From NCBI GenBank assembly GCA_963727445.1, contig CAVSGI010000027.1, positions 128,001 through 192,000 on the forward strand: a stretch of 64,000 nucleotides of DNA, given 5' to 3'. Shown piece by piece: positions 34,921 through 46,824 of the stretch. The DNA comes from an uncultured delta proteobacterium. GTDB taxonomy: Bacteria > Myxococcota_A > Polyangia > Polyangiales > B10-G4. The notes under the pieces were generated by a model. That model searched no databases and was not told where the DNA came from. It worked only from the letters and a program-made list of their open reading frames with translations. The translations under genes were made by a program, and so were the position numbers. Positions within the stretch are counted from its first letter, which is position 1, and each line of letters begins with the position of its first letter.

Positions 34921-36948
34921 TCAAGGCGCTGGCGGCGTCGCCGGCTCTGGCAGAGGCAGGCTCTGGGCGTCGATGTTCCGGTCGTTGCCCTCGAGGCTCA
35001 CGGCGTCCAGGACCGCCCCCTCTTCGAAGGGGGCGTCCTGGACGTTGATCCCGATCGGGTGGCCGGTGATCGCGCCGTCGCTGAGCGTCACGACGCCCCC
35101 GCGGGCGACCTGGACCCCCGCCAGGGCATCGTCCTCAAGGATGAAGCGCCCGACCGAGATACGGGCGGCGCGGGTGGCGATCCCGAAGCCCGCGCCAGGA
35201 CAGCCCGTGGCCGCGCAGTCGAAGGGCGAGGTCCGGGCGACGCGGAGATCCGTCACGTCGATCCGGGTCCCTTCGTCGAAAGCGATGAGCCCGGCTCCGC
35301 GATTCTCTTCGAGCTCCCCCCGTGCCAGGGTCACGGTCGCCCCCTGTATCGCTTCGATGCCCCGCCCGAAGAGTCCGTCGGCGGGCTGACCGCGGGTGTC
35401 CACCACCCGTATGTCTTCCAGGGTCCCGACCGCCGCCTCGCCGAGGAAGATCCCGTCCATCTCGTTGCGCTCGAGGCGCCCCCGGCGAAGCGTCAGATCG
35501 GTCCCCAGATCGGCCAGCACCCCGGCGCCCCCCACTCCGTCGCCGGTCTGAGCGTGGGTGTCGCTGATGACCACGTCCGCGAGGTCGAGGCGGGCGCCGT
35601 CGAAGCCGCCGACGCCCGCGCTGTGGTTGCCCGAGAGCCATGCCCGCCGGAGCACGAGCTCGCCGCCCATCGTCGCGAAGGCGCCGGCGCCCCCGCCGCC
35701 ATCGGAATCGCGCGGGCGCGTGTCGACCAGGATCAGATCGTCGGCCGTGACCGAGGATCCGGACAGGTACGCGGAGAGCCCTGCGTGCTGATTGCCAGCG
35801 ACGAAGCCGCGCCGCAGCGTGGCCGTCGCGCCTTCCGCCACGAACACGCCGTGCCCGCCGCTCCCATCGCTGAGCTGGGCGCTCGTTCCCCGCACGACGA
35901 AGTCTTCGAGCGAGAGCGTGGTGTCCGCGTGGCCCGCGTTCACCCCCACCGACCGGCTCCCTTCGATCACCACCCGCGCGCCCATCACCTGCGCGCCGCC
36001 TCCCACCAGCATCCCGATCCCCTGCGTGTCGTCGCCGGACGGCTGGATGGCGCGGATGGCGACATCGGCGAGGTCGACCGTGGTTCCCGCCCCGCCGGCG
36101 AAGATGCCGATGCTGTGGTCCTCAATGATCAGACCGCGACGAAGGGTGAGCGCACCGCCGTTCTCGACGTTGATGCCATGCCCGAGGCTGCCGTCGACGT
36201 CGGCGCGCGTGGCGCGCACGACGAGGTCGTCGGCCTCGAGGCTCCCCTGCACCACCACGCCGACGATCCGCGCGTCATCCACCACCACCCCCTCTGCGAT
36301 CATCGAGCCGCCGGCGCGAACCCAGAGCCCCGGCCGACTGCCGCTCACCCGGAGGTTTTCGACGTGCACGTCGTTGCCGGAGGTATCGATCCGTCCGAGG
36401 CTCGAGAGCGTCGGGCTGTGCTCGCCGACCACGGTGGCGCGGGGGCAGGCGCCCCGCAGCGTCACCCCCGAAGGCAACCGCAACAGCTCGTCGTAGGTGC
36501 CGGTGTGAAGCGCGATGGTGGTGCCGGCCGCGGCGACATCCAGTGCATCGCCGATCGCGGCGAAAGGTGATGCGCGCGATCCATCCCCACCCGCAGCCGC
36601 CGCGACGTCGACGTACAACACGTCGCTCGTGGGTAGATCGGCGGGCCACCCATCCGCCGGACACGACGTGCCCACCGGCACACACCCCTCATCCCCCGGC
36701 ATCTGCGCCTGACCGATCTCGCACCCACGCGCGCCCATCGGAAAAGGCTCGCAGTAACTCACCTCGCCGAGGGGCGTCTCCAGCCAGCCGGGCGGACAAG
36801 CGAGGCTCGGAAGCGCCGGCGCCTCCGGCGGCGCGACCGCGAGCATCCCCCCATCGCCGCTCGCATCGGGCAACGCATCCCCCGAGCCGCCGTCGTCACC
36901 ACAAGCCGCGACGAACGAGAGCACGACGAGCGCGAACGTGCGAATCAC
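34921..36948 (-). CDS. Right-handed parallel beta-helix repeat lipoprotein
   Basis: FALVVLSFVAAC lipobox, Cys-rich segment, LYVD..GDGSRASPFAAIGDAL, then repeated DG..G.G...GA.LTLRRG..N units. Confidence 0.78.
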   Translation of the reverse strand: MIRTFALVVLSFVAACGDDGGSGDALPDASGDGGMLAVAPPEAPALPSLACPPGWLETPLGEVSYCEPFPMGARGCEIGQAQMPGDEGCVPVGTSCPADGWPADLPTSDVLYVDVAAAAGGDGSRASPFAAIGDALDVAAAGTTIALHTGTYDELLRLPSGVTLRGACPRATVVGEHSPTLSSLGRIDTSGNDVHVENLRVSGSRPGLWVRAGGSMIAEGVVVDDARIVGVVVQGSLEADDLVVRATRADVDGSLGHGINVENGGALTLRRGLIIEDHSIGIFAGGAGTTVDLADVAIRAIQPSGDDTQGIGMLVGGGAQVMGARVVIEGSRSVGVNAGHADTTLSLEDFVVRGTSAQLSDGSGGHGVFVAEGATATLRRGFVAGNQHAGLSAYLSGSSVTADDLILVDTRPRDSDGGGGAGAFATMGGELVLRRAWLSGNHSAGVGGFDGARLDLADVVISDTHAQTGDGVGGAGVLADLGTDLTLRRGRLERNEMDGIFLGEAAVGTLEDIRVVDTRGQPADGLFGRGIEAIQGATVTLARGELEENRGAGLIAFDEGTRIDVTDLRVARTSPFDCAATGCPGAGFGIATRAARISVGRFILEDDALAGVQVARGGVVTLSDGAITGHPIGINVQDAPFEEGAVLDAVSLEGNDRNIDAQSLPLPEPATPPAP

Positions 36949-37403
36949 GGGACCAGATCTAACACGCCCAGTCGTGGTGCTCGTGATTGGCCCGTCAGTC
37001 CTCGTCGCGCGGCTCGATCTCGAGGTAGACCTCGATCTCCTGACGGGCCGTCTTCCGTTCCGAGTAGGGCGCGGCTGCGGAGACGCGAACGCACCCACGC
37101 CACACGGTCCGCTCAGAGCCGCGCGGCCGTCGCTGCGTCACGATCCCGCTCTTCCGGAAATTAGCGCGGAGCAGCCGCGCCCGCTGTCGAGACCGTCATC
37201 CCCATCTCATGCCCCCACCCACCACGCCGCACGAGTGCACTCCTCACTCACGGCTGATCCGTATCGGGACTACCAGCCCCGCTGTCATCCCAGCACGACT
37301 TCCACCACCACCACCAGACGCGACGACCCCAAAACGCAAGACGGGCCGCTAGCCAAAGCCAGCGACCCGTTCGCATCACACGGCGCCGAAGCGCCCTACC
37401 CGT

Positions 37404-39479
37404 TCACCCACCCGATGCAGTGAGCATGAAGGGATAGTTGACGACGACGATACCGCCGCCTTCCGGTGCCGGGAACGACCACCGCCGGACCGCCTGTGCG
37501 ATGCAGCTCTCGACGCGGGCGTTGCCCATGGTGCTGTTCGCCACCGCCGAGCGTCTGCACGGCGCCGGTGGGCGAGATGATGAAGGAGACAGTCACACGA
37601 CCCTCGAGGTCGGGACGCTGGTTGAGCTCCTGCTCGTAGCAGAACCGGACCTCGTTGATGTGGCGCCGAATGACGCGCCGAATGACTTCCTTCGACAGCG
37701 AGCCGCGGACGTCGGCCGCACCCGAGCGGATGCGCGGGACGCGCGCCGTGCGGCCACCGAAGCCACCCGCGCCGCGGCCGTAACCGGAGCCGGTGCCGCC
37801 ACCACCGCCGTGACCGATGGTCCCGAGGTTGCCGAGACCGATGGTGCCTTCGCCGGTACCACCGCCACCGCGACCCGTGCCGCGCAGACCCAGACCGCCG
37901 AAGCCGAAGTTCTCACCGATCTGGTCACCCATCAGCGCACCGAGCGCGCTCATCGGGTCGCTGCCGAGCGCCGTGTCGCGACCGAAGGGCGACGTCGGCG
38001 AGTTCCACGCACCGGTCGTCTGCTGAAGGACACCGAGAATACCGGCGGTACGCGCCTGCTCGCGGGCCTCTTCGCGGGCCATGTGCGGGTCTTCGTTGTC
38101 CTGAGGACCCTCGATACCGTAGCGGTTCGTGGTCTTCTTGGACTCCTTCTTACCCATCTGGCCTTCTTCGCCCTTGTGGCGCTTGCCCTTGCCGCCCTCC
38201 TGGTCGTCCATGTTCTGGTCCTGGAGCCATTCGGGGGTCTCTTCTTCCTGCGTCTCGGGCGGCTCCATCAGGTACTGGACCAGTCGTGAGTCGGCGCTGA
38301 CAGGAGCTCGAGGCTCAGGCCTGCGCTCGAGGGCGGCAGGAAGTAGAACATGATGAGGATCGACGCGAAGAACGCGAGCGAGCCACCGATGTAGATGAGC
38401 GGCGTCCAGTCGACCGCCAGGCCTCCGCCGACGCGCTTGCCGGCCGCGACCTGCTTCACGATGAAGGTGAAGCCCTTGTACTGGACCTTTGCCGTCGCAC
38501 CCGCCGGGAGCGGGTACTGCTGGGCGCCTGCGAGCTCGCTGCACGCCTGGGTCTTGCCGCTCGATGCGAGGTCCGCGAGAGACATCGTCTGCTCGCCGAC
38601 CGTGACGTCACCGGTCGCGCCATCGGGGATGACGACCGCGACACCACCGCCGGCCTCGACGACCACCGGGAGGCGATCCGTTCCGAGAACCTCGGCGCCG
38701 ACGAGATACTGAACGCCGGACAGCTGTCCCTTATCGTTCAGCGCATCGCCGACGTAGAAGGAGCGCGGCGGCGACAGGTCCTCGACGTGCAGGACGCTGG
38801 TGTCACCCCACATGACGACCACTTCGACCGCCGCAGCACCGGTCTCGACCTCGTCGGGTCGGACGGGCGGGCCGCTAGCGACGATCCCGTACTGGGCATC
38901 GCCACTGACCTCCGCCCCATCGCCCTCGCCTGGCGCCGCCACCGGCGGCGCGAACGGGTTGGGCACGCCGCCCGCGGGCGCCGCGAAGGGATTCGCGATC
39001 GCCGCAGGTGCCGCGGGCACCGGGGGCGCCGCCGCAGGCGTCGGAGGCGCTGCGGGGGGCGCCGGGCGTGCGGACGCCGGCGCGGGAGCCGGCGGCGCGG
39101 GGGGCTCCGAGACGCCCGCCGGCGGAGCCGCGACCTGGGTCGCTTCCTCACCGGCTTCGGCCGCCGCGATCTCGACGGCGACCCGCGTGTCGCCGAGCTG
39201 GATCTCGTCACCGCTTTCCAGCTTGCACTTGTTGACCTTCTTGCCGTTGACGATGGTCCCCGAGGCCGAGCCGAGATCGATGATGAAGATCTCGTCCGGG
39301 CCGGTGACCTCGATCACGGCATGCATCCGCGACACGTTGTCGTCGTCGATGCGCAGGTGGCTGGAAGGAAGCTTCCCCACCTTGATGATGTCCTGAGCGA
39401 GGGTCTCCGTGCGAAGGAGCTCCTCCCCCTTGTAGATATTGAAGGTCATCGGGACCTTCGCGTTGCCCTGCGACACCAT
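37404..39479 (-). CDS. gltG: GltG/PglI-like protein: FHA domain, Pro-rich linker, TM, Gly-rich region, TonB_C-like C-terminus (frameshifts near 38290 and 37555)
   Basis: IKVGK..VSRMHAVIE..DLGSASGTIVNG (FHA), TM LIYIGGSLAFFASILIMFYF, GSLSKEVIRRVIRRHINEVRFCYEQEL and VVNYPFML. Confidence 0.85.
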
Positions 39480-39544
39480 CTACCTCCACCCCGCGACCCG
39501 GAGGTCGCGGTTTCCACTCGGTCCTAAACGATACTCGCGGGAGC

Positions 39545-39808
39545 TTACAGGTCTTCGACCGACTTGAGCATTTCTGGAATGAAATGCTCTCGGATCCGAA
39601 TCAGAGAAGCACGGCTTCCCCGGCGCCTGACGTTGAGCATCTCACCGTCGGGACGCACGAGATCACCCGTGACCAGATCGTCCTCGAAGTCGTAGGTCGT
39701 GGTGTCACCACCACCACCGCCTCCAGCTTCTCCGCCTTCCTGCGCGAACACAGGGAGGGCGAACATCACTGAAGCTCCGAGAATCATCGCAAACAACATC
39801 TTCCTCAT
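39545..39808 (-). CDS. gltF: GltF/CglF-like small exported protein
   Basis: Signal peptide, then TTYDFEDDLVTGDLVRPDG..SLIRIREHFIPEMLKSVEDL; lies between gltE and gltG. Confidence 0.85.
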   Translation of the reverse strand: MRKMLFAMILGASVMFALPVFAQEGGEAGGGGGGDTTTYDFEDDLVTGDLVRPDGEMLNVRRRGSRASLIRIREHFIPEMLKSVEDL

Positions 39809-39956
39809 CGAATCCTCCAGCCAGCCACAAATCGGCCGCGCGTAAGTCTAACCGTTGGGATTGACTGGGGTCAACGGACCCCGCGAGAGTCCGCCTTCCA
39901 CTCTCTTCGACAACGGCTTTTTGCGGAAGTTCCCAAACCCATGAAAAGGCGGATGG

Positions 39957-41294
39957 TCACTCGGCGTTTTGCTGCTGCTGCCGGGATCGGGCCTCCATCG
40001 CCGCGACCTCGCGCATGGCTTCGACCGCGGTCTCGATGTTCTGGATCCGGCCCGGGCGGCAGTCCGTGGAGCGGCGACGACGGCGTCCCCGCCCGCTGCT
40101 CTGCTGGACGCGGCAGCGGCGGCGCACCGCCTCCACCGCTTCGGCGAACTGCTCGTTCGAGCCCGCCTTGCTCATGAACTGCTCGTAGTACTGCTTGGCG
40201 CGGCCCAGCTGCTCCACCGTGCCGTCCATGTAGTCCTGATAGAGCAGGCCGAGGTTGAAGTATGCCTCGGGGCGCGCGGCGTCGATCTCGATCGCCCGCT
40301 CGTACTCGGCCTTGGCGCGATCCATCTGACGCAGCCCGCGAAGCGCGGCGCCGAGCCCGATGTGCGCGTCGTAGTTGTTCGGCTGAAGCTCCACCGCGCG
40401 CGCGAACGCGTTCTTGGCGTCCTCGTAACCGCGGAACGAGATGGTGATCTCGCCGAAGTTCATGTGTGCCTCGAACATGTTGTTGTCGAGATTGGTCGCG
40501 CGCTGGAAGAGCTGCAGCGCCTCGATGATGTTGTCCTGGCGGACGTTGACCAGGCCCCACGTGTTGTAGATGGGGGCGTAGTCGCGATCGAGGAGCTGCG
40601 CCTGGCGGCAGACGACGCCGGCCAGATCGAGCATCTGCTGGTTGTCCGCGTCCTCGGCCAGGTCGAGGTAGAGCAGCGCCATCTGGTTGAACGCCGGCAG
40701 ATAGTTGGCGTCGATGGCGAGCGCACGGCGGAGGTTGTTCAGCGCTTCGCGGACGTCGTTGCCGCCGCGATTGCGCTGGATCATCGCCAGGTTGACGTAG
40801 GCTTCGGTACATCGCGTGTCGTCTCGGAGCGCCTGGCGGAAGGTCTGCTCCGCCTGCTGGGTCTGCCCCGCTGCAAGCTGGAACGTTCCGATCGCGGAGC
40901 GCGCCTTGCAGAATTCGGAGTTCGTTTCGAGGGCGCGCTCGTAGTAGCCACGCGCCGTGTCGTCGTCGTTGCAGCGTTGAGCGATGACGCCGCGCATGTA
41001 GATCGCCTCGGTGAAATTGCCGCCCTGGGCGTCGTTCGCGCTCTCGAACGCACTGTCTACACCCGAGCAGGTCTCTCCATTCCACCCATGCTGACCGTCC
41101 ACCTGCTGAAAGCGCTCGAGGGCGGAAACCCAGCGATTGTGGGCCTCCTCCGTCACGGCGGTGCCGCCGGCGGTGGTGATGGTGTTTCCGTGCTCGTCGG
41201 TCGCCGCGGTGGTGGAAGAACCTCCACCGCAAGCCGAAGCCGCCAGCGCGAACGCCGCAAAGAGGATCCCGTGTTTCATCATGGTCTCCATCAC
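39957..41294 (-). CDS. gltE: GltE/AglT-like TPR lipoprotein
   Basis: ALAASAC lipobox and TPR array; lies between gltD and gltF. Confidence 0.78.
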   Translation of the reverse strand: MMETMMKHGILFAAFALAASACGGGSSTTAATDEHGNTITTAGGTAVTEEAHNRWVSALERFQQVDGQHGWNGETCSGVDSAFESANDAQGGNFTEAIYMRGVIAQRCNDDDTARGYYERALETNSEFCKARSAIGTFQLAAGQTQQAEQTFRQALRDDTRCTEAYVNLAMIQRNRGGNDVREALNNLRRALAIDANYLPAFNQMALLYLDLAEDADNQQMLDLAGVVCRQAQLLDRDYAPIYNTWGLVNVRQDNIIEALQLFQRATNLDNNMFEAHMNFGEITISFRGYEDAKNAFARAVELQPNNYDAHIGLGAALRGLRQMDRAKAEYERAIEIDAARPEAYFNLGLLYQDYMDGTVEQLGRAKQYYEQFMSKAGSNEQFAEAVEAVRRRCRVQQSSGRGRRRRRSTDCRPGRIQNIETAVEAMREVAAMEARSRQQQQNAE

Positions 41295-44200
41295 GTGCCC
41301 TCCCCACCTTCGACTTCGTTGCTAGCGTCCTCGTCTTCGTCGGGGCTGCCGAGCTCGAGGACGGGGCGCGGGTCGCCAGCGTGGCTGTTGACGTAGCGCG
41401 CCGAGCCACGGAGCTCGGCCGCGAGGGGATACTCCTGCGGGTTGAGCCCGTTGAGCTCGTGCTCGCAGGTCTGAGAGAACTCGTTGAACCACCGAACGCG
41501 CGTCGCCGTGATCAGGCAGAACTCGAACTTGTCGATGGCCTGCTGCTGGAACGGCTGGGACTGTTCGTCGAGGGCGTCGACGTAGATGTCGAAGAGCTCG
41601 GGTCCTTCTCGATCTCGTCGGGGATCGGCGCGTCACGGAACTCGTCCACGAAGCTCCGCCACATCTCGCCGATGCGGGCGGCCGCGGCGATCTCCCAATC
41701 GCGGGATCTCGAGCTCGGCGATGTTGTTGTACTCCGCCTGGGCGCGCGAGGAGCGCTTCACGTTTCTTGTTGACCCACGGCATGAAGTCGTCCTGCGCCC
41801 AGCTGTTGACGCGCTCCATGGTGCTCCGCCGCGAAGCTGCGGGAAGCGGATGCGCTCGGAACTCCGCGTACTTGTACTCGGCGAGGTAGAAGAGCGCCTC
41901 GGACGCAGCGTCCTTCGCCTCGACCACCCAGGGCGCTTCTCGTCGTCGCTGACGTCGTCGAGCCGCTGAATCGCCTCGACCGCACCGCCGCTGTCAGGCC
42001 CGCAGCGCCGCCTCGAAGAAGCCGCGCGCCCGGTCTTGATCGTCCGTCGCCCAGTGGGCGTTGCCGATCTCGACGTTGGCCTGGATGACCTGATGCGGAA
42101 GCGCCTGGCGGCTGTAGCTGCGCAGGAACCCGCGGTAATGGTCGAAGACCTTGGACCAGTTCTGCTGGCGCTGGTAGATCGAGCCGAGCGAGAAGATGAC
42201 CTGGGAGGTCTCTCGCGGGAGCCGGCGTCTGTAGTTGCGCTCGAAGAGGCGGGCGTCTTCGATCGCCTTCTCCTCTTCGCCGAGACCCAGCCGGAAGAAC
42301 ACTGCGTTCTGCAACGCCTCGTTGGCGACGGCGCAGGTCCTCGCTTCGCGGTCCTCGTCCGTGCAGTCGCTGCCATCCTCGCCGGGGAAGCGTCTGGCGA
42401 ACTGCTCGTAGTAGTCCGCCGCCTGTCCGTAGATCGCGAGCGCGTGGTAGTTCGCGCCGATCAGGAAGAGCGCGCGCTTCGCGAGCTCGCACTCCGGGAA
42501 CTGCTCGATGAGCACCGTTCGGACGCGGATGGCGCGGCCGAGAAGACGCGCCGCTTCGAAGTTGATCGCCGCGTTGTAGAGGACCTCGTCCATACCGGCG
42601 TTGCCCTCGTCGGTGCTGCCCGCGCAGGCCTCGGGCTGCCGGGCGAAGCGGCGGAAGATCCGCACGTACATCGCCGCGGCGCCGCGCCACTGCTCGTTCT
42701 GCTGGAGCGCCTCTGCCTCCTTACGCATGACGTCGCAGCGCAAGCGCTCGAGGACTTCGCAGAGCTCCGGGTGCTCGTCGACGTTCTCCTGCGTCGTCGC
42801 AGTAGAAGCCCGCAGAGCGGATCGATCGAGTCGCCGATCTCGCTGAATGCACGGCGACGTTGTTCGGCTCGATCTGCGTGCCCAGCACGTTGAGCGAGTC
42901 GAGGTAGAGGTTCGCCGCGTAGACCGCGAGCTCGCTGTCCCGGTGGTTCTAGGCGATGTCCTTGAAGAGGAGCGCCGCCTCCTCGTAGTGGTTGGACTCG
43001 TAGTAGATGCGGGCCCGCCGGTACTTGATGGTCGGCAGGTCCTCGCTGTCCGGGATGAAGCAGACGTAGCGCTGGAAGGCGCCGAGCATGCCGCTGCTCG
43101 AGCTGCGTGAAATCACGCGGCGCGAGGTCGTCGGTCTGCTCTTCCTCCTGCTGCTTGGCCTCGTCTGCGACGTCTGCGTCGATTGCCTTGTCGCTCTTCG
43201 TCGCTGCGTACTTGTCGCTCGTGGCTCTGGTACTGCTGCTGGTACAGGTTGTTGTAACAGAGCACCGCGGCGTACGCGGCGTCCGGCCGTGTACTCGCCT
43301 TGTGGGTTGAGCTCCACGACGCTGTCGAAGGCCGGGCCGCATTGGCCCCAGTCCTCCATCTTCCAGAGCAGCTCCGCGTAGTAGTACGAGATCTTGTACT
43401 CGGTCGGCCAGTCACGCCGGTCGATGTGCGGGAACTCCAGGTCCTCCATGTCGGGGAACTTCTCGAGCACCATCCGGTAGAGCTGGCGCGGCCAGCTGCA
43501 TCGTGTCGCGGTCGTTGGTACCGGGCTGGGAGTCGGTGCCGATCGCCTCACGGTGCCACGCGGTGGCGAGGGAGACGAGGACCGAGGCGGCCTCCTGCTT
43601 GCACTCCTGCTTCCGCTCCGCTGGATGGCGCTGGCTCGGCGAAGAGCTCGTAGAGGTCGACGAGACGCTGAAGCTCGCGGACCTGCTCGTCCTTGGGTCT
43701 GCTCGAGACGATCGCGTTGGTGACGCGGCTCTGCCAGTAGCAGAGCTTGTCGGCTCCCCGGCGATTCGCGCGATCAGCTTCTGGTAGACCGCGATGGTGT
43801 TCGGCCACTGACCGGTGTCGAAGTAGAGCTCGCCTAAGCTCTCGAAGCATATCGAGCGCGTGCTTCTTCGTTCTGCGTATATCGTCTGAAGAACTCCAGG
43901 GCGCGGTTCGGTGAACCGACCATGGCGTAGGGTAAGACCATCTCGCGTCTGGACTGTCGGGCGAGGTTGGCCGCGTCTCTGGCGTCCGGGTTCGATGTCG
44001 CGAACTCGACGACTTCGACGAACTTGCGCAGCGAGCCCTGGAAGTTCTCCTGGTTGTAGGCCGCCCACGCCGTCTTGTAGAGCGCGTAGCCGTAGACCGG
44101 GTTTCGCTCCGGTGGGAACTCCGTGACCTTGTTGTAGAACTGGCGCGCGGCGCCCATGTCCCCCTCGTTGAAGTAGAACTCCGCGAACGACAGATAGGCG

Positions 44201-44961
44201 TGCGGGACGAACCGGCTCTGGGGGAAGCCCTTGATCAGCCGGTGGTAGACCTGCCGCGCTCGGTCGTGTTGCCGCATCTCCTCGAGGCCGAAGGCCAGCG
44301 AGAAGAGCACCTCGTCCATGCGGCGGTAGTCCGGGTGATCCTGGACCAGCGTCGCGTAGGTGCGGATCGCCTCCTGGCGGATGGTGTTGAGCTGCTGCTG
44401 CGCCTGGCGCTGGCGCTGGGCCAGCTGGCGCACCTTCGCCGCGTTCTTGGCGCGGCGAGCCTGGAAGATCGGCTCGTCGAAGGAGCGAACGCGGGCGTTC
44501 ACCACCGTCTGCATCTCGAAGTAGGTCTCCGCGAGACGCAGCAGGATGTCCGGCCGCCGCGTGTCGCTGGTCCGCGTGTTGCGGACCAGGCGCTGGAGCA
44601 CGCGGACCTCGCGCTGGAGCAGGTTCCACGCGCGGGCCTGCACCCGTTCGCGGTTCCGCCGGGTCGCCGCATCGAGCTCGATGGACGGGCCGCTCGGTCC
44701 CTGCTTCTTCTCGGCCTGCCGCCGCTCCACCGCATCCAGCCGCGAGGCCGGCGCGCTGGCACCGGTGCCCCGCTTCGACATCTGGGGTGCGTTGGCCGGA
44801 CACTCCTCGACCGTGTTCACCGCCCCCGGGGTGATGCAGACGTTGCGCGGCTGCGCCTGCGAAGCGCCTCGCTGCCCCCCGTCCTGCGCCACGACCATCG
44901 CCGGTGCGGCGACGGCCATCGCGAGCGCAAACAGACCTGCGATTCGAATCCTCATGCCCAT
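41291..44961 (-). CDS. gltD: GltD/AgmU-like large periplasmic TPR protein (frameshifts and one in-frame TAG at 42949-42951)
   Basis: Signal peptide, PDILLRLAETYFE, DEVLFSLAF, YHRLIKGFPQSRFVPHAYLSFAEFYF, YALYKTAW; about 1220 codons, directly after gltC. Confidence 0.8.
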
Positions 44962-46618
44962 CACCTTCCGCACTGGTTCGTGACCTGCTGCCGGTAGAAG
45001 CCGAGCTCGTCGCGCCAGTACTCGCCGTCGAAGGGCCAGACCTGGTGCTCCTCGTCGACCTCGACCTCACCACCGCCGGAGCGGGCGGCAGCGGTCATCT
45101 GCTCCTGGACTCGCGCGAGGGCTGACCACGCTCGTAGGTCGCGATCTCGAGGTCGACCGTGTCGATCTGGTTCATGAGGTCCTGCAGGTCCTCGATCAGA
45201 CGGCTGTAACGCGCGCGGGCGAGGTCACCCGTCTGGTCGACGGCGAAGGACTTCGCGACCGCGACGTCCTGGAGGATGCGAGCGCCCAGCGAGGAGTTCT
45301 TGAACTCGGGCGGCGCCTGCTCGAGGCGGGCCTCCTCGCCTTCGAGGACGCGCACGTACTCGAGGTGGCGGAGGAGCGTGCGATCCAGAGCGCGGTGGAG
45401 ACGATGCCGCGGATCCGCGGGCTGAGGTTCGCCTCGGCCGTCCGGACCTGCTGGAGGAACTCGAAGAACTGCATGTTGTCCTGGATCTGCTGCAGGAACG
45501 AGTTGAGCTCCTGCTGGACGGGATCGTAGCGCTCGTGGAACTGGGAGACCATCGCGCCGGCGTTGTCCACCTGGCAGTTCACGAAGAACGTCACCGCCTT
45601 GAGCACCAGCGCCTCCGGGTAGTAGGCGTCGGTCGAAGTACGGCGAGTAGAGCGTGTGGATGTTGCCGAGGGCGCGGGAGTACTCGTCGGCCAGGAAGAA
45701 AGCCCAGCGCTCCTCGAAGAGCGCGTCGAGCCAGTACTCGCTGCCCTGATCGATCCGGTTCCACGTCTCGACGGCATTGCCGAGGAGGCGACCGTCGACG
45801 ATGCGCTCGCCGCTGTCTGGGATCGGTGCGGTTGGCGGCCGTGTAGTAGACGCGCGCGAGCGAGATCCACGCGAGGTTGCGCATGCGCTGCTCGTCCTCG
45901 ACGCCGCGTGACGCGCCTCCTCGATCGCCTCGATGATGCGCGGAAGCGAGCGAATCGCCGGCTGCGCGCGGCGCATGCGGACGTGGGCGATGCCCTCGAA
46001 GAACTTCGCCTGACGTAGTGGTCGACTCTGGCGATCACGCGGCTGGAAGAGCTGGATCGCCTCGTCGAACTCACCCTGGCCGTACTTGTACCGGCCCATC
46101 AGGTAGAGAGGTGGTTGTAGAGATCGGCGCTCTCCGCGGTGTTGAACTGCTCGAGCTGATCCACGCCGTAGCGACCGACCTTCTCGATGATGCCCGCCGG
46201 CTCGGGGAGCTGGGTGGCGAGCTGGGCGAGCCACTGCAGCGTCTGGTCGAAGTAGCTGTGGCCCTGCGCCGGCCTGGCCGATCTCGTCGAAGATCGCGAG
46301 CGCCGACTGGTAGAAGCGCAGGTGGTAGAGCGACTTGCCCAGGAAGAACTGCGCCTTCTGCACGTTCGCTGGCGCGTCCTGGGTCTCTCCCTCGACCACG
46401 CGCTGGAACTGCACGGAGGCTTCCTGGTAGCGCTCCTGCTGATACAGCCGGAGGGCGTTCGCGAGCGCCTCCGAGGGGGGTCCTTCAGCCGGCGGCGCGG
46501 GCGGCTGCCCCGTCTCTTCGACCGAGAACTCCATGTCCTGTGCGCTCACCCCGACGGCGGGGAGGATCCCCGCGAAGGCGGCCAGCACGGCCCACGTCAC
46601 CAGTCGATTTCCGTTCAT
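44961..46618 (-). CDS. gltC: GltC-like periplasmic TPR protein (several frameshifts)
   Basis: QKAQFFLGKSLYHL, SEYWLDALFE..WAFF, YYPEALVLKAVTFF and C-terminal EHQVWPFDGEYWRDELGFYRQQVTNQC. Confidence 0.82.
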
Positions 46619-46757
46619 CGCTCCGCTCCGATACAGGGCCCGGCTCTCTCCAGGACGGACGCAACACGGCCGGGAAGCCAAGCCTTGCTCCCCCGCCGCG
46701 GTCGAGACCGTGAAAAAGCCTAACAAAAACGACAACTTAGGTCCTGGTTGGGCGCCA

Positions 46758-46787
46758 ATCATAAGAAGCTGTGATTTGGATTGTCAA
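46758..46787 (-). promoter_or_regulatory. Sigma70-type promoter for the gltC operon
   Basis: Minus strand TTGACA-N18-TATGAT, about 140 bp upstream of the gltC ATG. Confidence 0.7.
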
Positions 46788-46824
46788 GGGGTTTCGGGGC
46801 GTTCGCAGATCACGAAGCTCTCGC

